Source of the DNA: a virus
DNA: 64,000 bases
Reading direction: 5' to 3' (one strand)
IMG/VR virus record: IMGVR_UViG_3300028792_000004
Span: 3,385-67,384 of that record
The notes below the pieces were generated by a model, which did not search any database, was not told the origin of the DNA, and saw only the letters and a program-made list of their open reading frames with translations. Shown here piece after piece: positions 8,721 to 17,643 of this stretch (position 1 is its first letter; every line of letters starts with the position of its first letter). Position numbers and translations under genes: made by a program.

Positions 8721-9232
8721 AGTTGATGGAGGACCTCGACCCCGAGGTGCAGCAGGACCTGCTGGCCAAGCGCCGGTCCATCCCCGGTTGGGACGTGGGC
8801 TGCCACGCCACCACCGAGCAGTGGATGGCCTTCTACGCACTGCTGAGTCCGCCGGCGAGGGAGTTCATCGTCGACAACTTGCTCGAGCTGGCCCAGACGG
8901 GCTCGCTCTGCGTCCAGGCCGACCACCTCAGCAGCATGGACGCCTCCTGGGCCCAGTTGACCGAGGTGGTCAAGCTGCACAACGCCCGGGTCGACGAGGT
9001 CACGATGCTGCGCGAGCGGATGGCCCAGCTCGAGGGGATCATCCGCGGCGACGTGGACCTGCTGGCGCTCGCCCGCCGCCTCGAGCAGGCGGAGCACCCA
9101 TCCGTGATCGTCGAGCACCCGCTGCCCGCCGACACCGACTACCTGCCGCTGGCCTTCGACGAGGCCGCCGCGCCCCGCGACCGGGCGCTCTACGTGGTCA
9201 AGGACGCCCCCGACGTGGAAGATGGGGACTGA
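8714..9232 (+). CDS. hypothetical protein (coiled coil)
   Basis: Overlaps the previous stop; GC3-rich. Confidence 0.7.
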   Translation: MVKLMEDLDPEVQQDLLAKRRSIPGWDVGCHATTEQWMAFYALLSPPAREFIVDNLLELAQTGSLCVQADHLSSMDASWAQLTEVVKLHNARVDEVTMLRERMAQLEGIIRGDVDLLALARRLEQAEHPSVIVEHPLPADTDYLPLAFDEAAAPRDRALYVVKDAPDVEDGD

Positions 9233-9234
9233 CG

Positions 9235-9537
9235 ATGGAGGGCGTGAGCGAGATGGCGACCAAGCCGGCGATCAGGATCACCGCTGGTGACGTCCCCGCG
9301 CCCACCGCGAAGGTGGACGTGACACTGTGCGGGGGTCACCTGGACGGGCTGCCGGTCACTGGCGTCGAGGTGCCCGGCACCTGGCCGGTGATCACCACCC
9401 TGGAGCGGTGCGCCCCACCCGCGGGCACCCCGGACTCGAGCCACGCGTTCATCCCGCGGCGCTACCGGATCTGCCTGTGCTCGGGCCGGGTACGGCTGGA
9501 CCGGCGCCGGCGGGTGCGCTACTGCCTCGAGGGCTAG
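9235..9537 (+). CDS. hypothetical protein
   Basis: C-terminal part of ORF 8788..9537; start follows the previous stop. Confidence 0.55.
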   Translation: MEGVSEMATKPAIRITAGDVPAPTAKVDVTLCGGHLDGLPVTGVEVPGTWPVITTLERCAPPAGTPDSSHAFIPRRYRICLCSGRVRLDRRRRVRYCLEG

Positions 9538-9540
9538 ACG

Positions 9541-9586
9541 GCGGGGCCGCGATGGGTAGGCACTACAGCTGCAGCCGCGGCCCCGC
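9541..9586 (+). terminator. inverted repeat between accessory and fibre operons
   Basis: gcggggccgcg (9541-9551) / cgcggccccgc (9576-9586). Confidence 0.45.
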
Positions 9587-9658
9587 GCTTCACTTCGCGA
9601 TCGGCCCCGGCTGGGTCAGACTGGGGAGCCAGGGCACTGCACAGGAAGCTGGCACCAG

Positions 9659-11320
9659 GTGAGCTACGACCACGTCAAGTACAAGAAGCTCGTCTCCCTC
9701 GGCGTCCCCAAGAGACTCGCACTGGCGCTGGCCGACTACACCTACGCGACCACGATGGGCTCCGGTGGCGGCTCCTCGTTCACCTCGGTGCCGCGCCCGG
9801 CCGACTGGCTGGTGACGATCGGGGCGCCGAACACCACCGCCGACTCCTGGTGGGGCGAGGGCGCCTACGTCGAGATGCGCTCGGTCGTGGCCGCGCGCAC
9901 CGGCGTGATCCGGGTCGCCCCGGTCAAGGGCACTGAGCTCGTCGGGACGATCGCCGACCCGAACGAGAACGACGAGGGCAACGCGGAGGTCTACGTCTTC
10001 AAGTCCGCGACGCCGGCCACGGTCAACGACAGCTTCGACGACTCCGTCACCGCGGTCGACGTCTCGGCCAGCCCGAGCGACGTCGAGCTGATGAAGGTCG
10101 TCGCCGGCGAGCACTACGTCGCCTTCTTCGTGCACTGGAACCCGACGAAGGTCTACAACGGCGGCACACCCCAGGGCACGGTGGTCAACTGCGGCCAGGT
10201 CGTCAACGACATGGAGCGCAGCCCCGGGACTCTGTTCGAGGGCTCGACCTACGTGCTGGGCGACGGCGGCGCCGCCGAGGCGCCGTACGCCATCGACCCA
10301 CTGCTCAACTCGATCTCGTTCGGCAAGAACCTGGCCCGCGGTGAGTCGGCGCACGCCGAGGGGCTGCGGAACGACGCCGCAGGTCAGTTCTCCCACGCCG
10401 AGGGCACCGGCAACCGGGCGTGGGGCCTGGGCTCCCATGCCGAGGGCAGCTCGACCAAGGCGACCGGCAACCCCTCCCACGCCGAGGGCACCTCGACGAT
10501 CGCGAGCGGTGCCTCCTCCCACGCCGAGGGGACCTCCACCGAGGCCTCGGGCGGCGCGAGCCATGCCGAGGGTCACCTCACGCTGGCCAGCGGCCTGTAC
10601 TCCCACGCCGAGGGCGAGACCAGCCACGCCACCGCGAACGGCGCCCACGCCGAGGGCGCCGGCAGCATCGCCTCCGGCGACTCGAGCCACGCCGAAGGTG
10701 GTGGCTCGACGGCCTCGGGCCCCTCCGCCCACGCCGAGGGGATCAGCACCTCCGCCACCGGCGCGGCCGCGCACGCCTCGGGCGCCCAGACCCATGCCGA
10801 CGGGGACTACAGCACCACCGAGGGCTTCGGCACGCGCGCGCTGACGCAGAGCTCCCACGCCAGCGGCCACCGCGGCACGGCCACCCGGTACAACGAGTGG
10901 GTCCACGGTGACGGCGACGACGGCTCGACCCCGGTGGCGGCCTGGCACCAGGTCGCCCGCGCTCCGCTGAACCCGGACGGCGACAGCAACGCCACCGCCG
11001 GTGACCACCACCTGGACCTGGCGCTGCGAGGCGCCCACAGCCTGTCGGTGCGCGCTCGGGTGCAGGCGGTCACCCCGGACGGCTCGATCGCGTGCGAATG
11101 GGACATCTCGGCCCTGGTGGTCACCGCGGGCGGCGTCGCGCGGCTGGTCGGCGCTCCGGCGGTGGTCCAGACCTTCGCCGATGCCGGTGCCTCGGGATGG
11201 ACGCTGACCCTGAGCACCCTCGGTGACAGCAGTGCGCTCCGCTTCCAGATCGACACCGGCACCGACGACACGAACCGCTACGGCTGGGCCGACCTGGTCG
11301 AGGGGAGCCTGACGCGGTGA
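9659..11320 (+). CDS. fibre / receptor-binding protein with 14-aa (S/A)HAEG beta-roll repeats
   Basis: Ten HAEG repeats plus three degenerate units at about 10340-10885, a YadA-head-like repeat common in phage fibres. Confidence 0.75.
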   Translation: MSYDHVKYKKLVSLGVPKRLALALADYTYATTMGSGGGSSFTSVPRPADWLVTIGAPNTTADSWWGEGAYVEMRSVVAARTGVIRVAPVKGTELVGTIADPNENDEGNAEVYVFKSATPATVNDSFDDSVTAVDVSASPSDVELMKVVAGEHYVAFFVHWNPTKVYNGGTPQGTVVNCGQVVNDMERSPGTLFEGSTYVLGDGGAAEAPYAIDPLLNSISFGKNLARGESAHAEGLRNDAAGQFSHAEGTGNRAWGLGSHAEGSSTKATGNPSHAEGTSTIASGASSHAEGTSTEASGGASHAEGHLTLASGLYSHAEGETSHATANGAHAEGAGSIASGDSSHAEGGGSTASGPSAHAEGISTSATGAAAHASGAQTHADGDYSTTEGFGTRALTQSSHASGHRGTATRYNEWVHGDGDDGSTPVAAWHQVARAPLNPDGDSNATAGDHHLDLALRGAHSLSVRARVQAVTPDGSIACEWDISALVVTAGGVARLVGAPAVVQTFADAGASGWTLTLSTLGDSSALRFQIDTGTDDTNRYGWADLVEGSLTR

Positions 11321-11670
11321 CCGCGACGCAGGCCCCGTGGCTCGAGCGCCGGCTGATCGCCCTGGGCTTCTCCGAGGCCCAGGCCGCGGCGATGTCGGCG
11401 GACGGAGATCTCGCCGGCGCGCTGGCCGTGCACGCCCTGGACACCTCGATCCACGGGCTGGCGGGCTCGCCTGCGAGTGTGGGCGTCGAGGTGGTGGTCT
11501 CCACCCCGGCGGCCACCTGGACCATCCCGGTGCCCCCGGAGTTCGGGCGCACCCCGGCGGTGATGGTCTTCGTGGCCGACCGCTTCGTCATTGCCGATGT
11601 CGTGGCCGATGCGACCACGGTGACCGTCACCCACCCAGAGCCGACCTCCGGGTCGGTCGTTCTCAACTAG
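11317..11670 (+). CDS. putative virion accessory protein
   Basis: Coupled to the fibre gene; beta-rich C-terminus. Confidence 0.6.
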   Translation: MTATQAPWLERRLIALGFSEAQAAAMSADGDLAGALAVHALDTSIHGLAGSPASVGVEVVVSTPAATWTIPVPPEFGRTPAVMVFVADRFVIADVVADATTVTVTHPEPTSGSVVLN

Positions 11671-11679
11671 GAGCAGCTC

Positions 11680-12570
11680 ATGGCCACCAAGGTCCTCAAC
11701 GGTCTCGACCTCAACGGGAAGATCATCGCCAGCGTCGGCGACCCCTCCGCCGGCACCGACGGTGCCAACAAGCAGTACGTCGACAACGTCGCGGCGGGGC
11801 TGAAGTGGAAGGACAACGTCCGGGCCGCCTCGACGGCGAACATGGCCGTGGCCTCCGCGGTGGTCAACGGCGCCTCGATGGACGGGGTCACCCTGGCCAC
11901 CAACGACCGGGTGCTGCTGAAGAACCAGACGGCGCCGGCCGAGAACGGCATCTACGTCGTCGTTGCCTCCGGCGCTGCGTCCCGGGCCTTCGACGCCGAC
12001 ACCGCGGCCGAGGTCAAGAACATGGTCGTGCGGGTCTCCGAGGGCACCGTGGCGGCCGACACCGCCTGGCAGATGATCACCGATGGCGCGATCACGCTGG
12101 GCACCACCGGGCTGACCTTCACCCAGTTCGCGGTCGGCGTGGTCTACACCGCGGACGGCAACGGCATCGAGCTGGTCGCCCAGCAGTTCCAGCTCGAGCT
12201 GGACGGCACCACGCTGAGCAAGTCGGCCGCCGGGGTCCGGATCGGCTCCGGCGCGGCCGGAGCCGGCCTGGTCGAGGCCAGCGGCGTGCTCGCGGTGGGT
12301 GCGGGCACTGGCATCACCGTGGCTGCGGACACGGTGTCGGTGGACTCCTCGATCGTGGTGCGCAAGTTCGCGGCCAACTGCGTGGTGACCACCAACCCGC
12401 AGACCTTCACCGACAACCTGGGCACCCTGGACAAGACCGCCGAGGTGGTCGAGGTCGCCACCGGCAAGGTGGTGCTGGCTGACGTCTCCTTCCCGACCAC
12501 GAACACCACCGCGGTGGATTTCGGCGGCGCCCCGACCGCCGCCCAGTACCGCGTGGTCGTGCAGGCCTGA
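11680..12570 (+). CDS. fibre / virion decoration protein
   Basis: KQYVD..AAGL.WK..VRAASTAN...DGVTLATNDRVLLKNQT...NGIYVV domain common in phage fibres; SD AGGAG. Confidence 0.7.
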   Translation: MATKVLNGLDLNGKIIASVGDPSAGTDGANKQYVDNVAAGLKWKDNVRAASTANMAVASAVVNGASMDGVTLATNDRVLLKNQTAPAENGIYVVVASGAASRAFDADTAAEVKNMVVRVSEGTVAADTAWQMITDGAITLGTTGLTFTQFAVGVVYTADGNGIELVAQQFQLELDGTTLSKSAAGVRIGSGAAGAGLVEASGVLAVGAGTGITVAADTVSVDSSIVVRKFAANCVVTTNPQTFTDNLGTLDKTAEVVEVATGKVVLADVSFPTTNTTAVDFGGAPTAAQYRVVVQA

Positions 12571-12574
12571 TCCG

Positions 12575-13183
12575 TTGAGACACCTGAGCCCGATCGAGGT
12601 CAAGCAGTCCGCCACCCCGGGCAACCCGGCCAACGGCTACGGCCGGCTGTACCCGAAGTCGGACGGGCGCTGGTACTCCCTGGACCCCGGTGGGATCGAG
12701 GTGCCGGCCGAGGGGGCCAGGTGGGCCCGGAAGCTGGCGGCGGAGACCCGGGTGAACACCGCCGCGCTGGCCAGCGACGCCGACCTGAAGTTCGACGGCG
12801 TCGCCAACGGCGTCTACGACGTGGCGATGACGCTCTACATGAGCGTCTCCGGGTCCTCCTCGACCTCGGACCTGAAGGTGGCCCTGCTGGGGCCGACCGG
12901 GTGCACCTTCGGCGGCCTGGGCGTGGTGCCCGACCTGGCGATCGCCACCAACGTCGGCTCCACCGACTTCTCCCCGTGGTCCGCCGGCACGACCGCCTCC
13001 GACGCAGCGGTGAAGGGGATTGGCCTCGGCCCCACCACCACCACCGAGGTGCACCTCTCGGCTCTGGTCATCTTCGGCAGCACCGCGGGGACCCTCAACC
13101 TCCGCTGGGCCCAGAACGCCGCGGTCAACGTGACCACCACGATGCAGATCGGCAGCCGCCTGCGGTACGAGAGGATCGCCTGA
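12575..13183 (+). CDS. putative minor virion / fibre protein
   Basis: TP..P..G.GRLY.KSDGRWY N-terminus and jelly-roll-like LRWAQN C-terminus. Confidence 0.6.
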   Translation: MRHLSPIEVKQSATPGNPANGYGRLYPKSDGRWYSLDPGGIEVPAEGARWARKLAAETRVNTAALASDADLKFDGVANGVYDVAMTLYMSVSGSSSTSDLKVALLGPTGCTFGGLGVVPDLAIATNVGSTDFSPWSAGTTASDAAVKGIGLGPTTTTEVHLSALVIFGSTAGTLNLRWAQNAAVNVTTTMQIGSRLRYERIA

Positions 13184-13237
13184 GGCCAGGCCGGGTCCGG
13201 CGGTCTTTCCTGCGCGAATCGGTCAGGCTGGGTCAGG

Positions 13238-13465
13238 ATGAGTACTTGTGAGCCCCTACCGCCCTGGCTGGCCGTCGTGCGACGGTTGACCCGTGACTTC
13301 GTCGTGTCAGCCGCCGCCACGAGCGCATTCCTCTACGAGGTGCTCCTCGGCGGCGGCCGACCGGCGGTGCTGACCGCCTGCGTGAGCATCCTGCTCTCGC
13401 CGGTGATCATGCGGGTCGACGAGGCGCGGCGGGCCAAGAGCATAGAGGGTCAACCAGATGAGTAG
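13238..13465 (+). CDS. membrane protein of the lysis cassette (holin-like)
   Basis: Two hydrophobic segments, upstream of the endolysin; start may be GTG 13277. Confidence 0.5.
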   Translation: MSTCEPLPPWLAVVRRLTRDFVVSAAATSAFLYEVLLGGGRPAVLTACVSILLSPVIMRVDEARRAKSIEGQPDE

Positions 13466-13565
13466 TCGGAGCAGGAACAAGTTCCAGGCGTACCCACTCA
13501 CACTCGCGTACGCCCTGATGTGTCTGTGGCTGACGATCGTGATCACCGTGATTGGAGCAAGATGA
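13458..13565 (+). CDS. 35-aa membrane peptide
   Basis: Hand translation MSSRSRNKFQAYPLTLAYALMCLWLTIVITVIGAR*; overlaps both neighbours. Confidence 0.55.
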   Translation: MSSRSRNKFQAYPLTLAYALMCLWLTIVITVIGAR

Positions 13566-13972
13566 TGCCGCACCGAGCTATCTCGCACGTCAGCACGAAG
13601 CACCCGTTCCTGACCTCCCTGGTCATCCTGCTGATCATCGTGATCCCAGGCTTCCTACGTACCCAGCAGGCGATGGACGCCTCGACGGCAGCCTCGGTGG
13701 CCGCCCTGCGCGCGACCACGGAGAACCAGTCGAACGCGATGGTCGCCTGCCAGAACGCGAACGAGTCGCGCAAGGCGAACAAGATCCTCTGGCTCTTCGT
13801 CCTCGAGGTCTCCTCCCAGCAGAAGCGGAACCAGAACGCGCAGCAGGAGCTGATCAGCGAGAAGTTCAGGGCGTGGATCATCGACCTCTACGCCGACCAC
13901 GACTGCTCCCAGCTCGACCTGAAGTACCCGATCCCACCGCCGCCCAGCATCCCCGGCCTCAAGACCAGCTAG
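13562..13972 (+). CDS. membrane-anchored lysis-cassette protein
   Basis: TM helix then exported domain with two Cys (AC...DHDC). Confidence 0.6.
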   Translation: MMPHRAISHVSTKHPFLTSLVILLIIVIPGFLRTQQAMDASTAASVAALRATTENQSNAMVACQNANESRKANKILWLFVLEVSSQQKRNQNAQQELISEKFRAWIIDLYADHDCSQLDLKYPIPPPPSIPGLKTS

Positions 13973-14083
13973 GCGAAGTGCTAACGGCCTCGTGCAACGA
14001 TATGTAACGCTGAGACACAACCTGCCCCTGTGATGACCCGAGACCTCGCGGGGGCGGGTCACCAGACCTCGCGAGGAGACCCG

Positions 14084-14701
14084 ATGGCCAAGCCCCGTCC
14101 CGGAGACATCCGCACCGTCACGATCGCGGGGGTGACCTTCAGGGCGTCCAACCGGACGATCTGGCACCTGCAGTGGACGATCGCCTACCTGAGGCTGCGC
14201 TTCCCCCGAGCCCGGCTGCGGATCATCCAGCCCTGCTACCACACCGGGGTCGCCGCCTCGGCCGGCACGCACAACTGTGACGCCGTCCTCGACGTCTGGA
14301 TCTCCGGCGGCGTGCTCGGCGCTGACCCGTGGCGGGCCCAGCGGGTGCTGCGCTGGCTCGGCTGGGGCGCCTGGTTCCGGCACACCGGCGAGTGGGCCGC
14401 GCGCTCGCGCTGGCACATCCACATGATCTCGCTGCCGCTGGGCCTGCCGAGGAACCCGAGCGCCCAGGACGTCGGCCGCGCCTACGCCCGCCTGGGGCTC
14501 AAGGTCGGGGAGTACATCGACGGCGGCTGGACCACCAAGGGTGCGATCGTCGCGACCAGCCAGGTGGTCGATTTCTTCAACCACGCCGAGGGCCTGGCCA
14601 ATCAGCATGCCCAGAACGACGACCCCTCGTGGTTCCCGTCCGACATCCCCAGCCGTGCATTCCGGCGCAGCTGGCTGTTCACCAACCGCACCGCCGCCTG
14701 A
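14084..14701 (+). CDS. endolysin, M15-like (LAS) Zn peptidase, no obvious cell-wall-binding domain
   Basis: SAGTH-x6-D and WHIH metal-ligand motifs; SD GAGGAG. Confidence 0.7.
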   Translation: MAKPRPGDIRTVTIAGVTFRASNRTIWHLQWTIAYLRLRFPRARLRIIQPCYHTGVAASAGTHNCDAVLDVWISGGVLGADPWRAQRVLRWLGWGAWFRHTGEWAARSRWHIHMISLPLGLPRNPSAQDVGRAYARLGLKVGEYIDGGWTTKGAIVATSQVVDFFNHAEGLANQHAQNDDPSWFPSDIPSRAFRRSWLFTNRTAA

Positions 14702-14711
14702 GGAGTCCACG

Positions 14712-15062
14712 ATGATCCAGCTGCTCCAGTCCATCCCGGCCAAGGTCCGCCAGGCCGTCTACTTCGGCTACGGTGCGATCGTCTTCGCGCTCGGTGGCCT
14801 CCATGTCGGGCTGGTCGCCGCAGCGGTGACCAAGGACCCGGTCTGGCTCACTGTCGTCGACGAGGTCGTGAAGTACTGCGGCATCCCGATCGCCGCGGTC
14901 GCCGGGATCAACGTGACCACCACGAGCACCCCGGCGCCAGCACCGGGCTGGCCTGACCCCGAGGCTGGCGCCCCGAACAGCGCGCCTGGTGCGCCCGGTG
15001 TCGTCGGTGGCGGTCTGGACGGCGGCCCGGTCGCAGAGGGCGACACTCCGCCGCTCCAGTGA
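14712..15062 (+). CDS. holin
   Basis: Two TM segments (IPAKVRQAVY...; PVWLTVV...), directly after the endolysin; SD AGGAG. Confidence 0.65.
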   Translation: MIQLLQSIPAKVRQAVYFGYGAIVFALGGLHVGLVAAAVTKDPVWLTVVDEVVKYCGIPIAAVAGINVTTTSTPAPAPGWPDPEAGAPNSAPGAPGVVGGGLDGGPVAEGDTPPLQ

Positions 15063-16558
15063 CCAAGCTGGCCCTCCTGCGGCCGCCGGTCACCAAGGAC
15101 GAGCTGTGGTGGACGGTCAAGGCCCTGTGGGGCGTGGAACTGCCGCGCACCCAGGTCTGTCCTGACCACGTCTCGCCCTTCGACGCCTTCGCCGAGGCCT
15201 ACTTCGGCAACGAGTTCAACTGGGTGCTCTGGTACGGCTCCCGAGGCACCGGCAAGTCCTACATGCTCGCGCTGCTGGCGATGACCAAGGCCGCCCTGCT
15301 CGAGATCAACGTGACTCTGCTCGGTGGCTCGATGGCCCAGTCGAACAACATCCACGAGCACGTCGAGTCGCTGCTGCTGTACCGCAACGCCCCCACGCAC
15401 GCGATCAGCAACCAGATCAAGACCGAGCTCGGCATGTACGCCGGCAACTGGATCCGCCCGCTCCCGGCCTCCCAGAAGACCGTCCGTGGTCCGCACCCGC
15501 AGATGACGCTGCTGGACGAGATCGACGAGATGGAGCGCAAGATCTACGACGCCGCGATGGGCCAGGCGATGGCCAAGCCCAACGCGCGCGGCATCCGGGT
15601 GGCCGAGATGGTGGTCGCCTCCTCGACCTGGCAGAACCCGGTGGGCACCTTCCAGAGCGTCAAGGATGAGGCCGAGGCGAACGGGATGCCGGTGCGCACC
15701 TGGTGCTGGCGCGAGGTCGTCGAGCCGCACGGCTGGATGGAGCGCGACTTCATCGAGCGCAAGCGCAAGTCGGTACCCAAGGAGATGTTCCGGGTCGAGT
15801 ACGACCTGGGCGAGCCCGCCGGCGGCTCCCGGGCCTTCGACCTCGCGGCGCTGAACAAGGCGTTCGTGGACCTGTCGGTGCTCTCCGAGCGCCACGCCGG
15901 CGACGACGACACCTGGGTCTTCGAGGAGTGGAACCCGAAGGGGTTCTACGCGGCCGGTGCGGACTGGGCCAAGGAGAAGGACAAGACGGTGATCGCGGTG
16001 GTCCGCGTCGACGTCTACCCGCGGCGCACGGTCTACCTGCGCCGGATGAACCGGCGCCCCTGGCCGATGATGATCAAGTGCTTCGACGAGGCGATCGAGC
16101 GGTACATGGCGGTCTCGGCCAACGACGCCACCGGCATCGGCAACGTGGTCAACGACTTCATCGAGGGCACCTCGAACAAGGTCAAGATGATCGGCCAGGA
16201 CCGCACCCGGCTGCTCAACGAGTACGTCGTGGCGGTGGAGAACGGCACCTACCAGCTGCCGCGGAACACCCCGTCCTACGTGATGCACAAGGCGACCACG
16301 GTCGATGACATCTACAACTCCACGAAGTGGGACTCCCACGTGCCCGACGACGTGGTGGCCTTCGCGATGGTGCACCGCGCGGCCGAGCGGCAGGCGCCCT
16401 CGACGACCGCTCAGGGCGTCGAGATGGACCATTCCCCGCCCTCGCAGTTCCGCGACTTCCACGTCTCCCCAGGCCAGGAGCAGCGGGTCGGGGACGTGAT
16501 CACCCCCTCCCAGCACGCCGAGGATGAAGTGGGCGTCTTCTGGCTCGACATGAGCTGA
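15059..16558 (+). CDS. terL: terminase large subunit
   Basis: Walker A GSRGTGKS, Walker B LLDEIDE, nuclease GADWAK and HVPDDVVA. Confidence 0.9.
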   Translation: MTKLALLRPPVTKDELWWTVKALWGVELPRTQVCPDHVSPFDAFAEAYFGNEFNWVLWYGSRGTGKSYMLALLAMTKAALLEINVTLLGGSMAQSNNIHEHVESLLLYRNAPTHAISNQIKTELGMYAGNWIRPLPASQKTVRGPHPQMTLLDEIDEMERKIYDAAMGQAMAKPNARGIRVAEMVVASSTWQNPVGTFQSVKDEAEANGMPVRTWCWREVVEPHGWMERDFIERKRKSVPKEMFRVEYDLGEPAGGSRAFDLAALNKAFVDLSVLSERHAGDDDTWVFEEWNPKGFYAAGADWAKEKDKTVIAVVRVDVYPRRTVYLRRMNRRPWPMMIKCFDEAIERYMAVSANDATGIGNVVNDFIEGTSNKVKMIGQDRTRLLNEYVVAVENGTYQLPRNTPSYVMHKATTVDDIYNSTKWDSHVPDDVVAFAMVHRAAERQAPSTTAQGVEMDHSPPSQFRDFHVSPGQEQRVGDVITPSQHAEDEVGVFWLDMS

Positions 16559-16615
16559 GGGGCGACTGGGGCCGCTCTCGGCTCTACTCTGAGAAGCAAC
16601 ACGTGAGGAGCAGGC

Positions 16616-17620
16616 ATGCAGCACGCGTACGGCGGCGGCAGCGTTGGCGAGGGTCATCGCTACGAGGACGTCTCGAAGACAGTGACCCAGCAGCCCCGCC
16701 CGCAGCTGGAGCGCCAGATCTCCGCGGGCCAGCGCGCGCGGCGTGAGGCCAGCAGCCCCACCAACCAGGTCGCCGCAGGCGGGCTGGCCGCGACCGGGCT
16801 CGGTGCCGGGGTCAGCAGCGGCGCCAGCCGGCGGCTCAAGCGCCTCGACGTCAGGGTCGAGCGGACCCACGCCAGCGCGGCCGAGGCGGCCGATCGGGTC
16901 AAGGAGGCCAACGCGAACGCCCATGTCGCCTTCGGCCATCACGCGGCCGCTGCCCGGGCCCACGCCGACGTGAAGTCCCGGCAGGCCGCACTCGCGGCCT
17001 GGGAGAAGGCCGGCGGGGTCGGCATGCACCGCGACCGGATCAAGTACGCCACCGGCCGGACGGCGCCGTTCACGGTGAAGGCCAAGGGCAGCTCCAGCCA
17101 CGTCACCTACGGCAACCGGCTGACCGCCGAGGCCCACGAGACTGCGGCCCAGGTCAAGGCCCACGCCGCCACGGTCCGCGCCGAGCAGGCCCGCGCCGAG
17201 CAGGCCGGCCGCGAGCACGCGAAGTTCACCCTGGCCCATCACAAGGGGCTGGCCCTGCGGGAGTTCGCGACCCCGAAGCTCAAGGCCCGCCGGGGCGCCG
17301 GCCGGGCGCTGATGCTCGGCGGCGGCCTCGCGGCCGCCGGTGCGGTGGTCCAGGGTGAGCGCAAGCGCCAGGTGGGCAAGTCCGCCTCCCAGCTGGCACG
17401 ACGGGTGGCCCCACTGCGGCGCAGCCCCGAGGCCGTCCGGGCTGCCCTGAGCGGACCTCGCAGCACCGAGCTGGCCGCCCGGATCTCCCGCGCGCGCGCC
17501 GCAGCGCCGGCGCGCGACCCCGAGGCCGTCCGCGCCGCCCTGAGTGCTCCGCGCAACACCCTGAAGACGATCCGGGTGAAGCGAGCCGTGGCAGACCGCC
17601 GCTTCTCCATGGGCCTGTGA
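16616..17620 (+). CDS. basic Ala/Arg-rich head-region protein with glycine-zipper modules
   Basis: SD GAGGAG; GxxxG helices; VSK/T and VGK/S motifs. Confidence 0.6.
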   Translation: MQHAYGGGSVGEGHRYEDVSKTVTQQPRPQLERQISAGQRARREASSPTNQVAAGGLAATGLGAGVSSGASRRLKRLDVRVERTHASAAEAADRVKEANANAHVAFGHHAAAARAHADVKSRQAALAAWEKAGGVGMHRDRIKYATGRTAPFTVKAKGSSSHVTYGNRLTAEAHETAAQVKAHAATVRAEQARAEQAGREHAKFTLAHHKGLALREFATPKLKARRGAGRALMLGGGLAAAGAVVQGERKRQVGKSASQLARRVAPLRRSPEAVRAALSGPRSTELAARISRARAAAPARDPEAVRAALSAPRNTLKTIRVKRAVADRRFSMGL

Positions 17621-17643
17621 GCCCGACGATGAGAAGGTGAGCC

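Noticed and set aside
10340-10885. HAEG tandem repeats as a CRISPR array or DGR target
   Set aside because: Repeats are in-frame 42-nt protein repeats with synonymous variation; no cas genes or reverse transcriptase in the window
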